The notes beneath the pieces are model-generated. The model was not told the origin of the DNA. It saw nothing but the letters and a program-made list of their open reading frames with translations, and searched no databases. A stretch of DNA of 64,000 nucleotides. Source: Candidatus Shapirobacteria bacterium (GTDB taxonomy: Bacteria; Patescibacteriota; Microgenomatia; 0-14-0-10-38-17). The stretch covers positions 6,028 to 70,027 of the forward strand of contig JAQVIV010000001.1 in assembly GCA_028695445.1 (NCBI GenBank), read 5' to 3'. Shown piece by piece: positions 10,161 through 20,412 of the stretch. Every line of letters starts with the position of its first letter. Within the stretch, counting starts at the first letter, position 1. A program made the position numbers and the translations under genes.

Positions 10161-10973
10161 ATGAAAATTGGCGTTTTTGATTCTGGCTTGGGAGGATTAT
10201 CAATTTTGAAATCCTTGAAAAAGTCTCTCCCTCAATACGACTATCTTTATTTGGGTGATAGCCTTCACGTCCCCTATGGCGATAAAGACCCTGAAAAAAT
10301 CACTACCTGGGCGAAAAAAATTATTCCCTTCTTTATTGAAAAAAACTGTTGTTTGATAATCTTTGCCTGCAACACCATCACTGCCACCTCGCTATCCCAA
10401 ATCCAAGAAAAATTTGACCACCAAATTAAGGTTTTGGGCATTATCAGGCCAACCAGCGAATTTTTGCTTGCCAATCCGGCCAGGAAAATCGGTATTATCG
10501 GCACTACCAATACCATTGTCTCAAACATTTTCACTCACGATCTTGAAAAGATTAGCCCCAAAAAAAGAATTAATTACCATCAACAAGCCTGTCCCGGCCT
10601 AGTAGAAGAAATCGAAAAGGGTCCACCCTATTCCAAAAAGATGAAAACGATTCTCTCTTCTTGCCTTGCTCTCTTAACAGAAAAAAAAGTTGACGTTCTG
10701 GTTTTGGGATGTACTCATTACAACTTAATTGCCGACCAAATCCAAACTCTACTTCCTAAAACTAAAATTATTACCCAAGGCGATATTGCCGCTCAAAAAC
10801 TGGCTGCCTATCTAAACCGTCATCTGGACTTGGCCCAAAAAATTACCTGCCAATCAAAACTAGAACTTTACTTTACTAAAATAAAGGTAAATTATTCTTT
10901 TCTGGTTAATTTCTTTCTGGATAACCGCGAACAATCAGTTGAGTTAAAATTAGCTAAAATCAACTTTTCTTAA
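10161..10973 (+). CDS. murI: glutamate racemase
   Basis: 'KIGVFDSGLGGLSI', 'ACNT', 'LGCTHY' catalytic motifs. Confidence 0.8.
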   Translation: MKIGVFDSGLGGLSILKSLKKSLPQYDYLYLGDSLHVPYGDKDPEKITTWAKKIIPFFIEKNCCLIIFACNTITATSLSQIQEKFDHQIKVLGIIRPTSEFLLANPARKIGIIGTTNTIVSNIFTHDLEKISPKKRINYHQQACPGLVEEIEKGPPYSKKMKTILSSCLALLTEKKVDVLVLGCTHYNLIADQIQTLLPKTKIITQGDIAAQKLAAYLNRHLDLAQKITCQSKLELYFTKIKVNYSFLVNFFLDNREQSVELKLAKINFS

Positions 10974-10983
10974 ACAAGAAGGC

Positions 10984-12021
10984 TTATTCTCCCAACAGGA
11001 TAATATTGGCCTGATAGTCCAAAGAAACCCTTTCGGCTGAAGTTACCAGAGTTTGGTGGTCAATAAAGCTGGCTACGACCAGTTTTTTATGCTCCCGATC
11101 AAGCTCAGAAAAAATATCATCCAACAATAAAACCGGCCGGCGGTTAGCCGCTTGCTCCAAAAACCTTAACTGGGCTAATTTCAACCATAAAACACTCAGG
11201 CGCTGTTCCCCTCGAGAACCAAAAATAGCTAAATCTTGATTATTGGCAAAAACTAGAAAATCATCGCGGTGAGGACCGGAAAGAGTTTGGCCGGCGGCAA
11301 CTTCAACTGCCTGCTGATCAGCTAATTTTTGAGGCGAAATAATGTTGGGCTGATAACTAATCTCGTATCCGGCCGCCGATTCCTGACAATTAATAAACTC
11401 TATTAGTTTTCTTCTTTTTTGACTAATTTCCTGGCCATTATCAAGCAAAAGCCGGTCCCAAAAAAACAGGGCTTTGGGGGTGGTCTGGCCGCTCCTGATC
11501 TGTTCCAAAACTTTATTTCGAGAGCGAAGACCTTTCTGGTAAGACCGTCTGGCCCGATAGTAGTCTTGATCGGCCTGGTCTAAAACATCATCCAAAAATC
11601 GCCGCCGAAAAGAGGGGGAATCAGTAACAATATCTAAATCTTGAGGAGCAAAAAGAACCGTCAGCAAACAACCAATAAATTTAGCCTGGCTTCTTTTTAT
11701 GCCATCAAGAGAAAACTGCCTTAGGGGCGTTTTCTTACCATTAATTTCTCCCCTTGATAAAGCTGATGCCAGTTTTTGTTGTTCTTGACCCTGCTCTATT
11801 AACCCTCCAATATGAGCAACAGGAGATTGGTAATTAATCATCTGGCTAATCTTGCTAGCCCGAAAGCTTCTTCCAGTAGAAAGCAAAACTATGGCTTCTA
11901 AAAGGTTGGTTTTTCCAGAAGCATTGGGACCCAAAATGAGATTAATACCATCAGAAAAAGAAAAGCTTCTTTCTTCTTCATAATTGCGAAAACCGGTTAA
12001 AGATAATTCCTTTAAAAACAC
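10984..12021 (-). CDS. recF: DNA replication and repair protein RecF
   Basis: 'LTGFRNYEE', Walker A 'GPNASGKTNLLEAI', C-terminal 'LLLDDIFSELD' signature. Confidence 0.85.
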   Translation of the reverse strand: MFLKELSLTGFRNYEEERSFSFSDGINLILGPNASGKTNLLEAIVLLSTGRSFRASKISQMINYQSPVAHIGGLIEQGQEQQKLASALSRGEINGKKTPLRQFSLDGIKRSQAKFIGCLLTVLFAPQDLDIVTDSPSFRRRFLDDVLDQADQDYYRARRSYQKGLRSRNKVLEQIRSGQTTPKALFFWDRLLLDNGQEISQKRRKLIEFINCQESAAGYEISYQPNIISPQKLADQQAVEVAAGQTLSGPHRDDFLVFANNQDLAIFGSRGEQRLSVLWLKLAQLRFLEQAANRRPVLLLDDIFSELDREHKKLVVASFIDHQTLVTSAERVSLDYQANIILLGE

Positions 12022-12120
12022 CCTGTTTAATTCCTAATTGTTCTAATTGATCTAAATAAACCCCAATTTTCAATTTTTAACTTTTAATTTTGAATTTTGA
12101 ATTTTGAATTGTTAATTATT

Positions 12121-12972
12121 CTATTTCTGGCACCCGGGACACCAAAAGGTACTACGATTATTTTGTTTGATTTTTTTTACTATCCCCCCACAGGAATAAC
12201 AAGGCTTGCCCTCTCTTTGATAAACCCCAAGCTTGTTCTGATATCGGCCCGGGGAGGCGTCAGGCCTAACATAGGCCTGATCGGCGGCGCTAGTGCCGCC
12301 ATAATCAATGGCTTCGGATAAAATTTCTTTTATGGCCCGATACAGCCTGCTAATCTCTTGGTCTGAGAGTGAGTTGGCCTGGCGGCGGGGGCTAACTCTT
12401 GCCGCAAATAAAACCTCGCTAGCATAGATATTGCCAATCCCCGCCACCAATCTTTGATCTAAAAGAGCCATTTTCACAACTCGCCTGGTCCGACCCAGAC
12501 TGTTAATAAAATACCTTAAAGTAAAATCTTTTCCTAATGGCTCCGGACCAAAGTCTGCCAGTTCTACCTCCGCCTGTTTTTTAGTTAAAAGCTTGAACCA
12601 GCCAAACTTTCTCAAGTCATTAAAAAATAGCCTTGAACTATCATCAAGGTTAATAACCAGCCTGGTTGTTTTGTTGGGCAATTGATTAAGAATAAACGGC
12701 AAGGGATGACCAACACTGACCAACCTCTTCTTGTTCGATAAATAGATAATCTGGCCGGTCATTTTAAGATGAACCAGCAAGATCAGACCGTTAATATCAA
12801 TAACCAATACTTTGGCCCGCCGCCAAATTGATTTAATCTCCCGGCCAACGACCTTTTTAGGATCACCCAAAAATTGTTTTTTTTCTAAGACCTCGATCTT
12901 GGCAATCTTTTTGCCAACAATTCTTTTTTCAAGTTCTCGCCTAACTGTTTCTACTTCCGGTAATTCGGGCAC
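12121..12972 (-). CDS. mutM: formamidopyrimidine-DNA glycosylase
   Basis: N-terminal 'MPELPEVETVRR', C-terminal zinc finger 'CYSCGG...FWCPGCQ'. Confidence 0.85.
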   Translation of the reverse strand: MPELPEVETVRRELEKRIVGKKIAKIEVLEKKQFLGDPKKVVGREIKSIWRRAKVLVIDINGLILLVHLKMTGQIIYLSNKKRLVSVGHPLPFILNQLPNKTTRLVINLDDSSRLFFNDLRKFGWFKLLTKKQAEVELADFGPEPLGKDFTLRYFINSLGRTRRVVKMALLDQRLVAGIGNIYASEVLFAARVSPRRQANSLSDQEISRLYRAIKEILSEAIDYGGTSAADQAYVRPDASPGRYQNKLGVYQREGKPCYSCGGIVKKIKQNNRSTFWCPGCQK

Positions 12973-13090
12973 AATGACAATTAAAAATTGATAATTAAAA
13001 GTTAAAAGTCGAAAATCAATTGACAGTTAAAAATTCAAAGTCCAAAGTAGGGGCACTCCCATGTGAGCGCCCGAATTCCAAAATTTTGGT

Positions 13091-13141
13091 CATTAAATCA
13101 TTAGGAATTGAATAGAAATTAAGAATTAGAAATTAGAAATT
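13091..13141. repeat. copy of dispersed AT-rich intergenic repeat (cattaaatcatta-gaatt-gaatagaaattaagaattagaaatt)
   Basis: About 90% identical to 51171-51213, and matches the reverse complement of 41451-41495. Confidence 0.5.
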
Positions 13142-13164
13142 TTTTATATTGTTTGGGAATTAGG

Positions 13165-14298
13165 TCAATTGGAAATTGGTAGCTTTGAAGAATTTATTTT
13201 TAAAATAAATTCTTCAATCTCTTTTTTGAACCTTTCTTCGCTAAAATTTTTGGCCCAAGATTGAAGGATTTTTTTATCCCAGTTTATTTTATTGAAACGC
13301 TCTATTGCTTGGCTGATGGTATCAACATCGGTATCGTTGATCAAAATCCCCGTTTTGCCATCCTTAACCGACTCTCTAAAACCGCCGCCATTAAAGGCAA
13401 TTACCGGCGTACCGGCCGCTTGAGCCTCAACCACAGTAATACCAAAATCTTCATCCCGGGCTAAGGCCAAAAAGCCCCTGCTTTCAGCATAATAAGAAGC
13501 CAGTTCCTCGTCAGAAACTCGACCTAAAAATTCAACCCTCCCCTGACCAATTTTTTCTAAACGCTTCTTAAGCGTTTCATATCCTGCCGTACCGCCAATA
13601 ATTTTTAGGCAAAAACCTAAGTTCTTGGCGGCCGCAACTGCCTCTTCCAAACCCTTGGCTCCAACCAAGCGGGAAACAATTAAAAAATAGGCCTCTTTTT
13701 TAGCTTTTTGGCTGGCCTTAATAAGGCGATCTACCGCTACCGGAGGATAAATAATCTTTGACTGGACCCGATAAAATTTTTCCACTCGTCTGGCAACATT
13801 GCCTGAATTAACCAGCCAATAATTAATCTGTTGGGCTGAACGATAATCAAACTGGCGCAAAAAATGATTAACAATCAAGGCGTAGAGCCGAACCGGCCAA
13901 TATTTTTGCCAGTCTCGACTAGTTTGATAGCCATATAAAAACCTGGGCGGGGTATGACAATAGGCCACCACCTTAGTTTTCCTCCCAACCCGAAAACCCC
14001 GAGCAAAATAACCCGAACAGGAAGTAATCACTAAATCATAATCCGATAAATCCAAACTTCCCCAAATTTGAGGCATCAAAAAACGCAGCGGGCTATAAAG
14101 ATTCTTTTTCTTCAACAGGGGTCCCCAGGCGCTTTCAATGACTTTTCGATCAACAAAAGCCTGAGCAGCATCAGAATTTGGATCAATAAAGGCAGTATAA
14201 ATCGGCGCCTGAGGAAAAATATCGGCCAAAGCTCGCAAAACCCTTTCCGCTCCACCAAACTCTTTTAAATAATCATGAACTAGGGCAATCTTAACCAT
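13165..14298 (-). CDS. glycosyltransferase family 4 (GT4)
   Basis: N-terminal 'KIALVHDYLKEFGGAERV' and 'EDFGITVVEAQAAGTPVIA' GT4 motifs. Confidence 0.7.
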   Translation of the reverse strand: MVKIALVHDYLKEFGGAERVLRALADIFPQAPIYTAFIDPNSDAAQAFVDRKVIESAWGPLLKKKNLYSPLRFLMPQIWGSLDLSDYDLVITSCSGYFARGFRVGRKTKVVAYCHTPPRFLYGYQTSRDWQKYWPVRLYALIVNHFLRQFDYRSAQQINYWLVNSGNVARRVEKFYRVQSKIIYPPVAVDRLIKASQKAKKEAYFLIVSRLVGAKGLEEAVAAAKNLGFCLKIIGGTAGYETLKKRLEKIGQGRVEFLGRVSDEELASYYAESRGFLALARDEDFGITVVEAQAAGTPVIAFNGGGFRESVKDGKTGILINDTDVDTISQAIERFNKINWDKKILQSWAKNFSEERFKKEIEEFILKINSSKLPISN

Positions 14299-14310
14299 AC
14301 CGTGATAACT

Positions 14311-15195
14311 TTAAAATAAATTCATCTGTTCGTTCTTCCTTTCCAGATCCGCCATAAGAGAGCGAAATCCCAAAGAAGAAAAGGCTGATTTCAACTCCTG
14401 GGCATTGACCCGATCAAGACGGTAATTGGTTAAATCAACCTTAATGGGTACCTGGCAGTTAATTTTAGCCAAATCGGCCGACAGGAAAACATCATCCTGA
14501 TAGGAAACCAGCTTTTCTCTTATCGCACAAGAATCAATTTTAGCCAGATTATCATAAATCGCCCCCAAGGTCCCAAAGCAATTTAATAACTTAACTCCGG
14601 TCTTGGGGCCAATTCCCAAAGCGCCTGGATAATTATCCGAATTGTCCCCCACCAACCCCTTATAATCAACTACCTGACCGGGCTTAATGCCCAGATCTTT
14701 TTTAACAAAGACAGAGTCAACAATTTGGCCGCCAGACAAACCGTTCCTTGGTAAAAATAAATTAATCCTCTCATCAACTAACTGCATTAAATCTCTATCG
14801 CCGGTAACAATTAACACCGGCAGTTTTTTGCTAACTCTTTTGGCTACCGTACCAATAACATCATCGGCCTCAAAGCCGGTTTTTTGCTTATTGGCGATTT
14901 TGGCTCGATTTAAAATCTCTCTTACCAAACCAATCTGGCTAGCCAATTTCGGGTCGGTTTTGGGCCTTTTGGCTTGGTAACCGACAAATTTTTCGTGACG
15001 AAAATTGGGCCCGGGGGCATCAAGAGCAACAAGAAAGTAGTCGGGAGAAAAATCGGCCCAAAGTTTAAAAATCATTTTGAAAAACCCATAAACGGCTCCG
15101 GTTGGCTGACCGCCGGGAGCCGTTAAGGCCGGTAGGGCGTGAAAGGCACGGTGCAAAACAGCATGGCCATCAACAATAATCAACTGCTTATTCAT
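14311..15195 (-). CDS. stand-alone 5'-3' exonuclease (Pol I N-terminal domain/FEN-like)
   Basis: 'LIIVDGHAVLHRAFHALP' with acidic metal-binding clusters; H3TH region 'GDNSDNYPGALGIGPKTG'. Start placed at the internal Met to avoid overlapping ftsH. Confidence 0.7.
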   Translation of the reverse strand: MNKQLIIVDGHAVLHRAFHALPALTAPGGQPTGAVYGFFKMIFKLWADFSPDYFLVALDAPGPNFRHEKFVGYQAKRPKTDPKLASQIGLVREILNRAKIANKQKTGFEADDVIGTVAKRVSKKLPVLIVTGDRDLMQLVDERINLFLPRNGLSGGQIVDSVFVKKDLGIKPGQVVDYKGLVGDNSDNYPGALGIGPKTGVKLLNCFGTLGAIYDNLAKIDSCAIREKLVSYQDDVFLSADLAKINCQVPIKVDLTNYRLDRVNAQELKSAFSSLGFRSLMADLERKNEQMNLF

Positions 15196-17056
15196 TGGAT
15201 TTCCTTTTTTTGCCAACCACCCTCTCAAACTCCGCCTGATCAAGAGTTTCTTTAACCAGCAGCTCTTTGGCCAATCTGATTAGGATTTTCTTATTCTCCT
15301 TTAATATTGTCTTGGCCTGACGATAAGCTTTTTTAATAATGGCTTCTATTTCTCCATCAATCCTGGCTTTCATTTTGGCCGATACTGAATCAACAACCAA
15401 CCATTCTTCTTCCCCGTCCTGACCATCCCAAGTAACTGGTCCCAAAGAACTCATACCAAAATCAACTACCATACTTCGGGCCAGCCGATTAGCCTTTTTA
15501 ATATCATCAGAAGCCCCGGTTGTCATCTCTGAAAAAACCAATTCTTCAGCGGCTCGTCCGCCCAATAGAACCGACAATCTTTCCATGAGTCGAGTTTTAG
15601 TCTCCTGGGTTCGATCTTGAATTGGAGAAATCATCGTATGACCCAGGGTTAAACCTCGGGCAACAATAGAAACTCGACCAATAGGATCAACATTAGGCAA
15701 AAGATGAGCAATTAAGGCATGTCCCGATTCGTGATAGGCGGCAATTTTCCGTTCTTGTTCTGATTGTAATCTTTTCTTTTGCGGTCCTAGTTTTACTTTA
15801 GTGGCCGCCTCTTCTAAATCCTCCATTTCGATTGCCTTTTTGTTAGCTCTGGCCGCCAAAATTGCTGCTTCATTGAGCATATTCTCTAGATCAGCCCCAG
15901 AAAAACCGACTGTTTGCTTGGCCGCCTTTTCCCAGTCAACGGATTTATCAAAAGGTTTCCCCTGAGCATGAATTTTCAAAATCGCCCCCCGCCCCTGAAT
16001 ATCAGGCATATCCAAAACCACCCGCCGGTCAAAACGACCAGGCCGAAGCAGAGCCGAATCCAAAAGATCGGGGCGATTTGAAGCTCCAATGACAATCACG
16101 TTATCGTTGGGGGAAAAACCATCCATCTCTACCAGCATCTGGTTTAAGGTTTGTTCTCTTTCGTCATGACCGCTGCTAACAGTCCGAGATCGCGATCGGC
16201 CAATGCTTTCAATTTCATCAATAAAAATAATGGCCGGGGCGTTCTTTTTGGCTGTTTCAAATAAATCGCGCATTCGGGCCGAACCAACCCCGACCAACAT
16301 TTCCATAAATTCTGAACCGGCCATAGAATAAAAGGGGACATTAGCTTCTCCGGCTACTGCCCGAGCCAACAGGGTCTTACCGGTTCCCGGCGGCCCAACT
16401 AACAGCACTCCTTTGGGTGTTCTGGCCCCTAAGCGGCGATATTTAGCAGGATGTTTCAAGAAATCTACCACTTCTTCCAGTTCATTTTTGGCCTCATCAA
16501 CACCAGCCACGTCCGCAAAAGTAGCATCTTGCTTGCCCTTAAAAAATTGCCTTGCTTTGGATTTGCCAAAAGAAAAAATCGAGTCTTGAGCTCCTCGGGC
16601 CTGTTTAAAAGTAAAGTAAAAAAAGGCTCCAATCAAAACGAGCGGAATAATGGTTAACAAAATGTCAATCCAAATTTGCGATAGGCTTTCGTCTTTAACC
16701 TTAATTTCTAATTCTGATGGATCAATCCCCTCCTGTTGCAAAAGACTCACCAGACTATCGCCAGATTCTTTTCTGGTGGTGGTAAAAGATTGATCTTGAT
16801 AGTAAAGATCAATCTGGTTGCCGGAAATTTCAATTTTCTCGACTTTTTCGTTTTTTATATCAGAAAGGGCCTGAGAGAAGGAAATCTCTTCTGGTGAAAT
16901 AGCAAAATTTGCCAAAGCCCCTAAAAGCCAAAAGATTAAAAAAATCGCCAAAACCCAAGTCAAAATCTTTTTAAGATCTATCTTTATCTCTACTTTTTTA
17001 AACTTCTTTTGGGATAATTCGGAGAAGGGGTTGGTTTTTTTGTCTTTTTCAGGCAT
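15188..17056 (-). CDS. ftsH: ATP-dependent zinc metalloprotease FtsH
   Basis: N-terminal TM, AAA Walker A '[17 protein letters not shown]', SRH region, 'HESGHAL' zinc site. Confidence 0.9.
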   Translation of the reverse strand: MPEKDKKTNPFSELSQKKFKKVEIKIDLKKILTWVLAIFLIFWLLGALANFAISPEEISFSQALSDIKNEKVEKIEISGNQIDLYYQDQSFTTTRKESGDSLVSLLQQEGIDPSELEIKVKDESLSQIWIDILLTIIPLVLIGAFFYFTFKQARGAQDSIFSFGKSKARQFFKGKQDATFADVAGVDEAKNELEEVVDFLKHPAKYRRLGARTPKGVLLVGPPGTGKTLLARAVAGEANVPFYSMAGSEFMEMLVGVGSARMRDLFETAKKNAPAIIFIDEIESIGRSRSRTVSSGHDEREQTLNQMLVEMDGFSPNDNVIVIGASNRPDLLDSALLRPGRFDRRVVLDMPDIQGRGAILKIHAQGKPFDKSVDWEKAAKQTVGFSGADLENMLNEAAILAARANKKAIEMEDLEEAATKVKLGPQKKRLQSEQERKIAAYHESGHALIAHLLPNVDPIGRVSIVARGLTLGHTMISPIQDRTQETKTRLMERLSVLLGGRAAEELVFSEMTTGASDDIKKANRLARSMVVDFGMSSLGPVTWDGQDGEEEWLVVDSVSAKMKARIDGEIEAIIKKAYRQAKTILKENKKILIRLAKELLVKETLDQAEFERVVGKKRKSNE

Positions 17057-17259
17057 GGGTATATTGTATCAAATCAGCCACTAATAAAGTAGGGTTTCTC
17101 CCAAATATCTAATTCCAAGGGTCCGAAGCTATCCGACCCCAGGGGTCGAACGGCTTCGGACCTCTAAAAAATCTTAAAAAATGATAGGCATAAGCGTAAT
17201 TTACCCAAAAGTCGGATTTTCTCCTAAATACTGCATTATGCTATAATATTTTTTAAACG

Positions 17260-17329
17260 TGCGGGGTAGTGTACGGTGGCACGTGAGGCTCATAATCTCA
17301 CAGATCAGGTTCAACTCCTGACCCCGCAA
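17260..17329 (+). tRNA. tRNA with CAT anticodon (Met elongator or Ile2/lysidine type); no encoded CCA
   Basis: Hand-folded cloverleaf. Acceptor tgcgggg/ccccgca; D stem gtgt/gcac; anticodon stem tgagg/tctca; loop ctCATaa; T arm tcagg-ttcaact-cctga. A TATAAT -10 sits at 17242-17247. Confidence 0.55.
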
Positions 17330-17366
17330 CATTGGCCGTTAATTTTTAGCCATTGGTCGTTGGCAA
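17305..17366 (+). repeat. direct repeat copy 1 (tRNA 3' end plus ~35 nt downstream)
   Basis: 'ttcaactcctgaccccgcaacatt' plus 'gg/ccgtta..tttagcc.ttggtcgttgg' repeats at 17512-17567. Confidence 0.6.
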
Positions 17367-17511
17367 TTTGAAAAATAAATAATTAAAGACTGTTTGAGAT
17401 CTGGGGGGGTTGGGTGGTGAACCTGATAAAAGATTCCTCATTGATGATGCATCAACCGACAATCGTGGTGTTGTTACACCAACCAACAAAACAAGAAAAA
17501 GGCTGGTGTCA

Positions 17512-17567
17512 TCTTCAACTCCTGACCCCGCAACATTAGTCGTTAGTCTTTAGTCCTTGGTCGTTGG
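17512..17567 (+). repeat. direct repeat copy 2 (orphan tRNA 3'-end fragment + gtcgttag/ttggtcgttgg repeat); left arm of the inverted repeat flanking the 4HB gene
   Basis: 24/24 identity to the 3' end of tRNA 17260-17329. Reverse complement of 17537-17567 recurs at 17946-17979. Confidence 0.6.
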
Positions 17568-17594
17568 TTCCTGATACTTTTTCTCTTTCCGAAA

Positions 17595-17963
17595 ATGTAT
17601 AAATTCGAAAAATTAAGGGTTTGGCAATCGGCGATGGATTTGGTAGTTGAAGTTTACAAATTCACAAAACAGCTACCCAAAGAGGAAACTTATGGCCTAA
17701 GAGACCAAATAAGAAGAGCAAGCGTTTCTATTGCTTTAAACATTGCCGAAGGGACGGGAGATAAAAGCGACAAAGAATTAATAAGATATCTTTATTTATC
17801 TAAAAAGTCTCTTTTTGAAACAATAACCGGATTAAAGCTTACTCAAAGAATTTATCAACTAAAGCCAGAACAAATTTTAAAAAATTGCGATAACCTTGGT
17901 AGATCGCTTCAAGCTTTAATAAACTCTTTATCTAAAAGCCAAAAACTAAAGACTAACGACTAA
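17595..17963 (+). CDS. four-helix-bundle protein (TIGR02436-like, '23S rRNA intervening-sequence protein' family)
   Basis: 'KFEKLRVWQSAMDLVVEVYKFTKQLPKEE..GLRDQIRRASVSIALNIAEG' hallmark. Its C-terminal codons lie in the right inverted repeat. Confidence 0.7.
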   Translation: MYKFEKLRVWQSAMDLVVEVYKFTKQLPKEETYGLRDQIRRASVSIALNIAEGTGDKSDKELIRYLYLSKKSLFETITGLKLTQRIYQLKPEQILKNCDNLGRSLQALINSLSKSQKLKTND

Positions 17964-17979
17964 AGACCAAGGACTAACC
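17946..17979 (+). repeat. right arm of inverted repeat (gactaaagactaacgactaaagaccaaggactaac) bracketing the 4HB gene
   Basis: Shares 19-nt and 13-nt blocks with the reverse complement of 17537-17567, and directly abuts the second tRNA. Confidence 0.5.
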
Positions 17980-17980
17980 T

Positions 17981-18054
17981 GGCAGGGTAGCTCAGGTGGT
18001 TAGAGCAGGCGAATCATAACCGTCAGGTCGTCGGTTCAAATCCGACCCCTGCCA
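17981..18054 (+). tRNA. tRNA with CAT anticodon (D arm/anticodon stem 'gctcaggtggttagagcaggcga' resembles bacterial tRNA-Ile2 and elongator Met); no encoded CCA
   Basis: Acceptor ggcaggg/ccctgcc; D gctc/gagc; loop atCATaa; T arm gtcgg-ttcaaat-ccgac. Confidence 0.65.
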
Positions 18055-18166
18055 CTTTAGGCTATCAAAGAAATCGGGTTATTAAAGAAAAAAGTTATTT
18101 CTTCTTCCAGCCCGATCTCGTTTTTTAGCTTATAGGGATGGTGTGAACGATGTTCACACCATAGCC

Positions 18167-18529
18167 CTAAAAGATAATTCCCCTAAAAAATAATTCCCAC
18201 CATTGCCGCCAGGGGGGCAGCCAATCTTTAGAGTCAGCGGTCACTTTTTCTATTCCAAAAATATCTTCTGGCAAGATCAAGACTGTTTCGTCCTTAGTCA
18301 AGCCCAAGCTATTACGCGCTTCTTGTTCTAAAAATTGCTCCGTCTTAACATAATCGAGCTGTGCCCTGAGCTGTTCATTGCTTTCTCTTAGAGCTTCCAG
18401 ATCCTGTTTTTCTTTTCTGACTACCAGACCCCGATTGACAAGATTAACGGTGTTGCTGGATAAAGAAACAATAGCAAAAAGCAAAAACAACAATAGCAGA
18501 ATTTTAAAGACTTTCCCCATGGTTGACAT
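18167..18529 (-). CDS. FtsB/DivIC-like septum formation initiator (short TM + coiled coil)
   Basis: N-terminal TM 'ILLLLFLLFAIV', followed by a coiled-coil 'KQDLEALRESNEQLRAQLDYVKTEQFLEQEAR'. Start chosen at an internal Met. Confidence 0.4.
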   Translation of the reverse strand: MSTMGKVFKILLLLFLLFAIVSLSSNTVNLVNRGLVVRKEKQDLEALRESNEQLRAQLDYVKTEQFLEQEARNSLGLTKDETVLILPEDIFGIEKVTADSKDWLPPWRQWWELFFRGIIF

Positions 18530-18647
18530 AGAGGCCGATCCGGTGTTATTATAAGCTATAAATGAGCTTAATTTCTTCACTGGCAAGCTTTTCCTTAAAT
18601 AAAAAGGCTCCCACAATCAATAAAGTAGGCTATTTTTAAACAAACAA

Positions 18648-19520
18648 ATGAACAACAACCTAACCTCTCTTGATGGGGCCATAAGTAAATTCCTAACTCG
18701 CTTGAAAAACGAGAACCGTTCCAGCAACACTATCATAGCATACGAAAACGACCTTAAACAGCTAGTCGAATTCATTGGCCAAGATAATGTTGTCAACGCC
18801 AATCAAATCGGTACCGACCATATTAAAAATTTTAAAAATTACCTCCTAAAAGAAAAAAAATACACTAACAAAACCGTTTCCCGAAAATTAAATTCTATTA
18901 AGTCTCTTTTTCGTTTTTTGACCGCTTCCGGGGTGATTAGCCAAGATCCCGCCAACAATATCACTCATCCAAAAATCAGTCAAAAACCACCACGAATTCT
19001 TTCTCCCCTAGAATACCGCGCCCTAAGAGATGTTTGTCGAGACGACCCAAGAAGCTATGCCATTATCGAGCTTATGCTTCAAGCGGGTTTGCGAATTTCT
19101 GAGGCGGCCAACCTAGAAGTAACCGATATCCAAGAAGATAAAATTATTGTCCGCCCCTACGAATCCCACGGAGGGCGAGTCATTCCCTTAAATAGAGCGG
19201 CCAAAAAGGCGATTGAAGATTACTTGGAAGAACGACCCAAAACCAAAAAATCAACCAACTTGTTTATTACCAAAAACGGCAATCCTTTGCTGGTAAGAAA
19301 CATCAGAAACAGCATCAATCGCTATTTCAAAATTGCTGAAATTGCCGATGTTTATGTTAATAACCTGCGCGATACTTTTGTTGTCCAGCAATTAAAAGCC
19401 GGCGTTCCTCTAAACATTGTCTCCCAAATTATCGGCCATAAGCGAGTTTCTTCAACTGAAAAATATTTAGAGCTAGTCGAAGAAAGAGAAACTGATAATA
19501 TCAAACTAAAAGAGCTCTAG
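18648..19520 (+). CDS. tyrosine-type site-specific recombinase (XerC/XerD-like)
   Basis: N-terminal SAM-like core-binding domain; C-terminal 'GLRISE', 'IIGHKRVSSTEKYLEL' (HxxR...Y) catalytic motifs. Confidence 0.75.
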   Translation: MNNNLTSLDGAISKFLTRLKNENRSSNTIIAYENDLKQLVEFIGQDNVVNANQIGTDHIKNFKNYLLKEKKYTNKTVSRKLNSIKSLFRFLTASGVISQDPANNITHPKISQKPPRILSPLEYRALRDVCRDDPRSYAIIELMLQAGLRISEAANLEVTDIQEDKIIVRPYESHGGRVIPLNRAAKKAIEDYLEERPKTKKSTNLFITKNGNPLLVRNIRNSINRYFKIAEIADVYVNNLRDTFVVQQLKAGVPLNIVSQIIGHKRVSSTEKYLELVEERETDNIKLKEL

Positions 19521-20261
19521 CGCTATCCCTACCGGACAATGATCAGAGCCTAAAACTTTGGGTAAAATAAACGCTTCCTTAACTTTTTCTTTTAGGTCTT
19601 GGCTAACAAAACAATAGTCGATCCGCCAACCAATGTTTCTTTCTCTGGCCCTGGCAAAATAAGCCCAAAAAGAGTAATTGCCTCCCTCCTTATTAAAAAG
19701 TCGAAAAGTATCAACAAATCCTAAATCCAACAGCTGGTCGATCTTTTCTCTTTCTTTCGGGGTGAAACCGGTGTTATTTTTGTTCTCCACCGGCCTGGCC
19801 AAATCGATTGGCTGGTGGGCAATATTAAAATCGCCAATTAAAACTAAACTCTTCTTGTCCTTAATGTAAGAAAAAAGCCTATCATAAACTTTGAGCTTAT
19901 AGCCCATATCCTGCTTTTGCCGACCGCCGTTGGGTAAATATAAATTCATTATATTAAAGTTTTCAAATTCCAACTCTATTAACCGTCCCTCATTATCAAA
20001 ACGATCAAGGCCCAAGCTTTTGTTTGTTGACTTTGGCTCTTTTTTAGAATAAACGGCTGTACCGCTATAGCCGGCTCTTTTGGCCGGATTTAAAATTAAC
20101 TGATAGCCGGCCATTCGGAGAAGATTAGCTGGCAATTGATTTTCTTTGGCTTTAATTTCCTGAAGACCAATAATGTCTGGATTAATCGTCTTCAGGTTAG
20201 TTAAGAAGTCTTTTTGATAAATCGCCCGAAAACCATTAATGTTCCAAGAAATAATTTTCAT
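19506..20261 (-). CDS. xth: exodeoxyribonuclease III (AP endonuclease)
   Basis: 'MKIISWNINGFRA', 'LQEIK', C-terminal 'SDHCPV'. Confidence 0.85.
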   Translation of the reverse strand: MKIISWNINGFRAIYQKDFLTNLKTINPDIIGLQEIKAKENQLPANLLRMAGYQLILNPAKRAGYSGTAVYSKKEPKSTNKSLGLDRFDNEGRLIELEFENFNIMNLYLPNGGRQKQDMGYKLKVYDRLFSYIKDKKSLVLIGDFNIAHQPIDLARPVENKNNTGFTPKEREKIDQLLDLGFVDTFRLFNKEGGNYSFWAYFARARERNIGWRIDYCFVSQDLKEKVKEAFILPKVLGSDHCPVGIALELF

Positions 20262-20412
20262 GGGGATATTATATTCTCAGGATATTATGTTCGCTACGCT
20301 CATACCAGCCCCATCAGGCTGGAAGAAAATCAGTTACGATTTTCTTTGATGGCCTGAGTGGGTCAGGGTAGATTCGAACCGCCAAAACCTCGATTTTACC
20401 TGCCCGCCGTAC

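Noticed and set aside
20341-20412. Possible second minus-strand tRNA adjacent to tRNA-TAT (contains a T-loop-like 'ttcgaat' and a 'gggtcag/ctgaccc' hairpin)
   Set aside because: No 7-bp acceptor helix or anticodon arm could be folded. The T stem would need a C-A mismatch, and the 5' half would overlap the neighbouring tRNA. It is at most a tRNA 3'-fragment remnant or a terminator hairpin.
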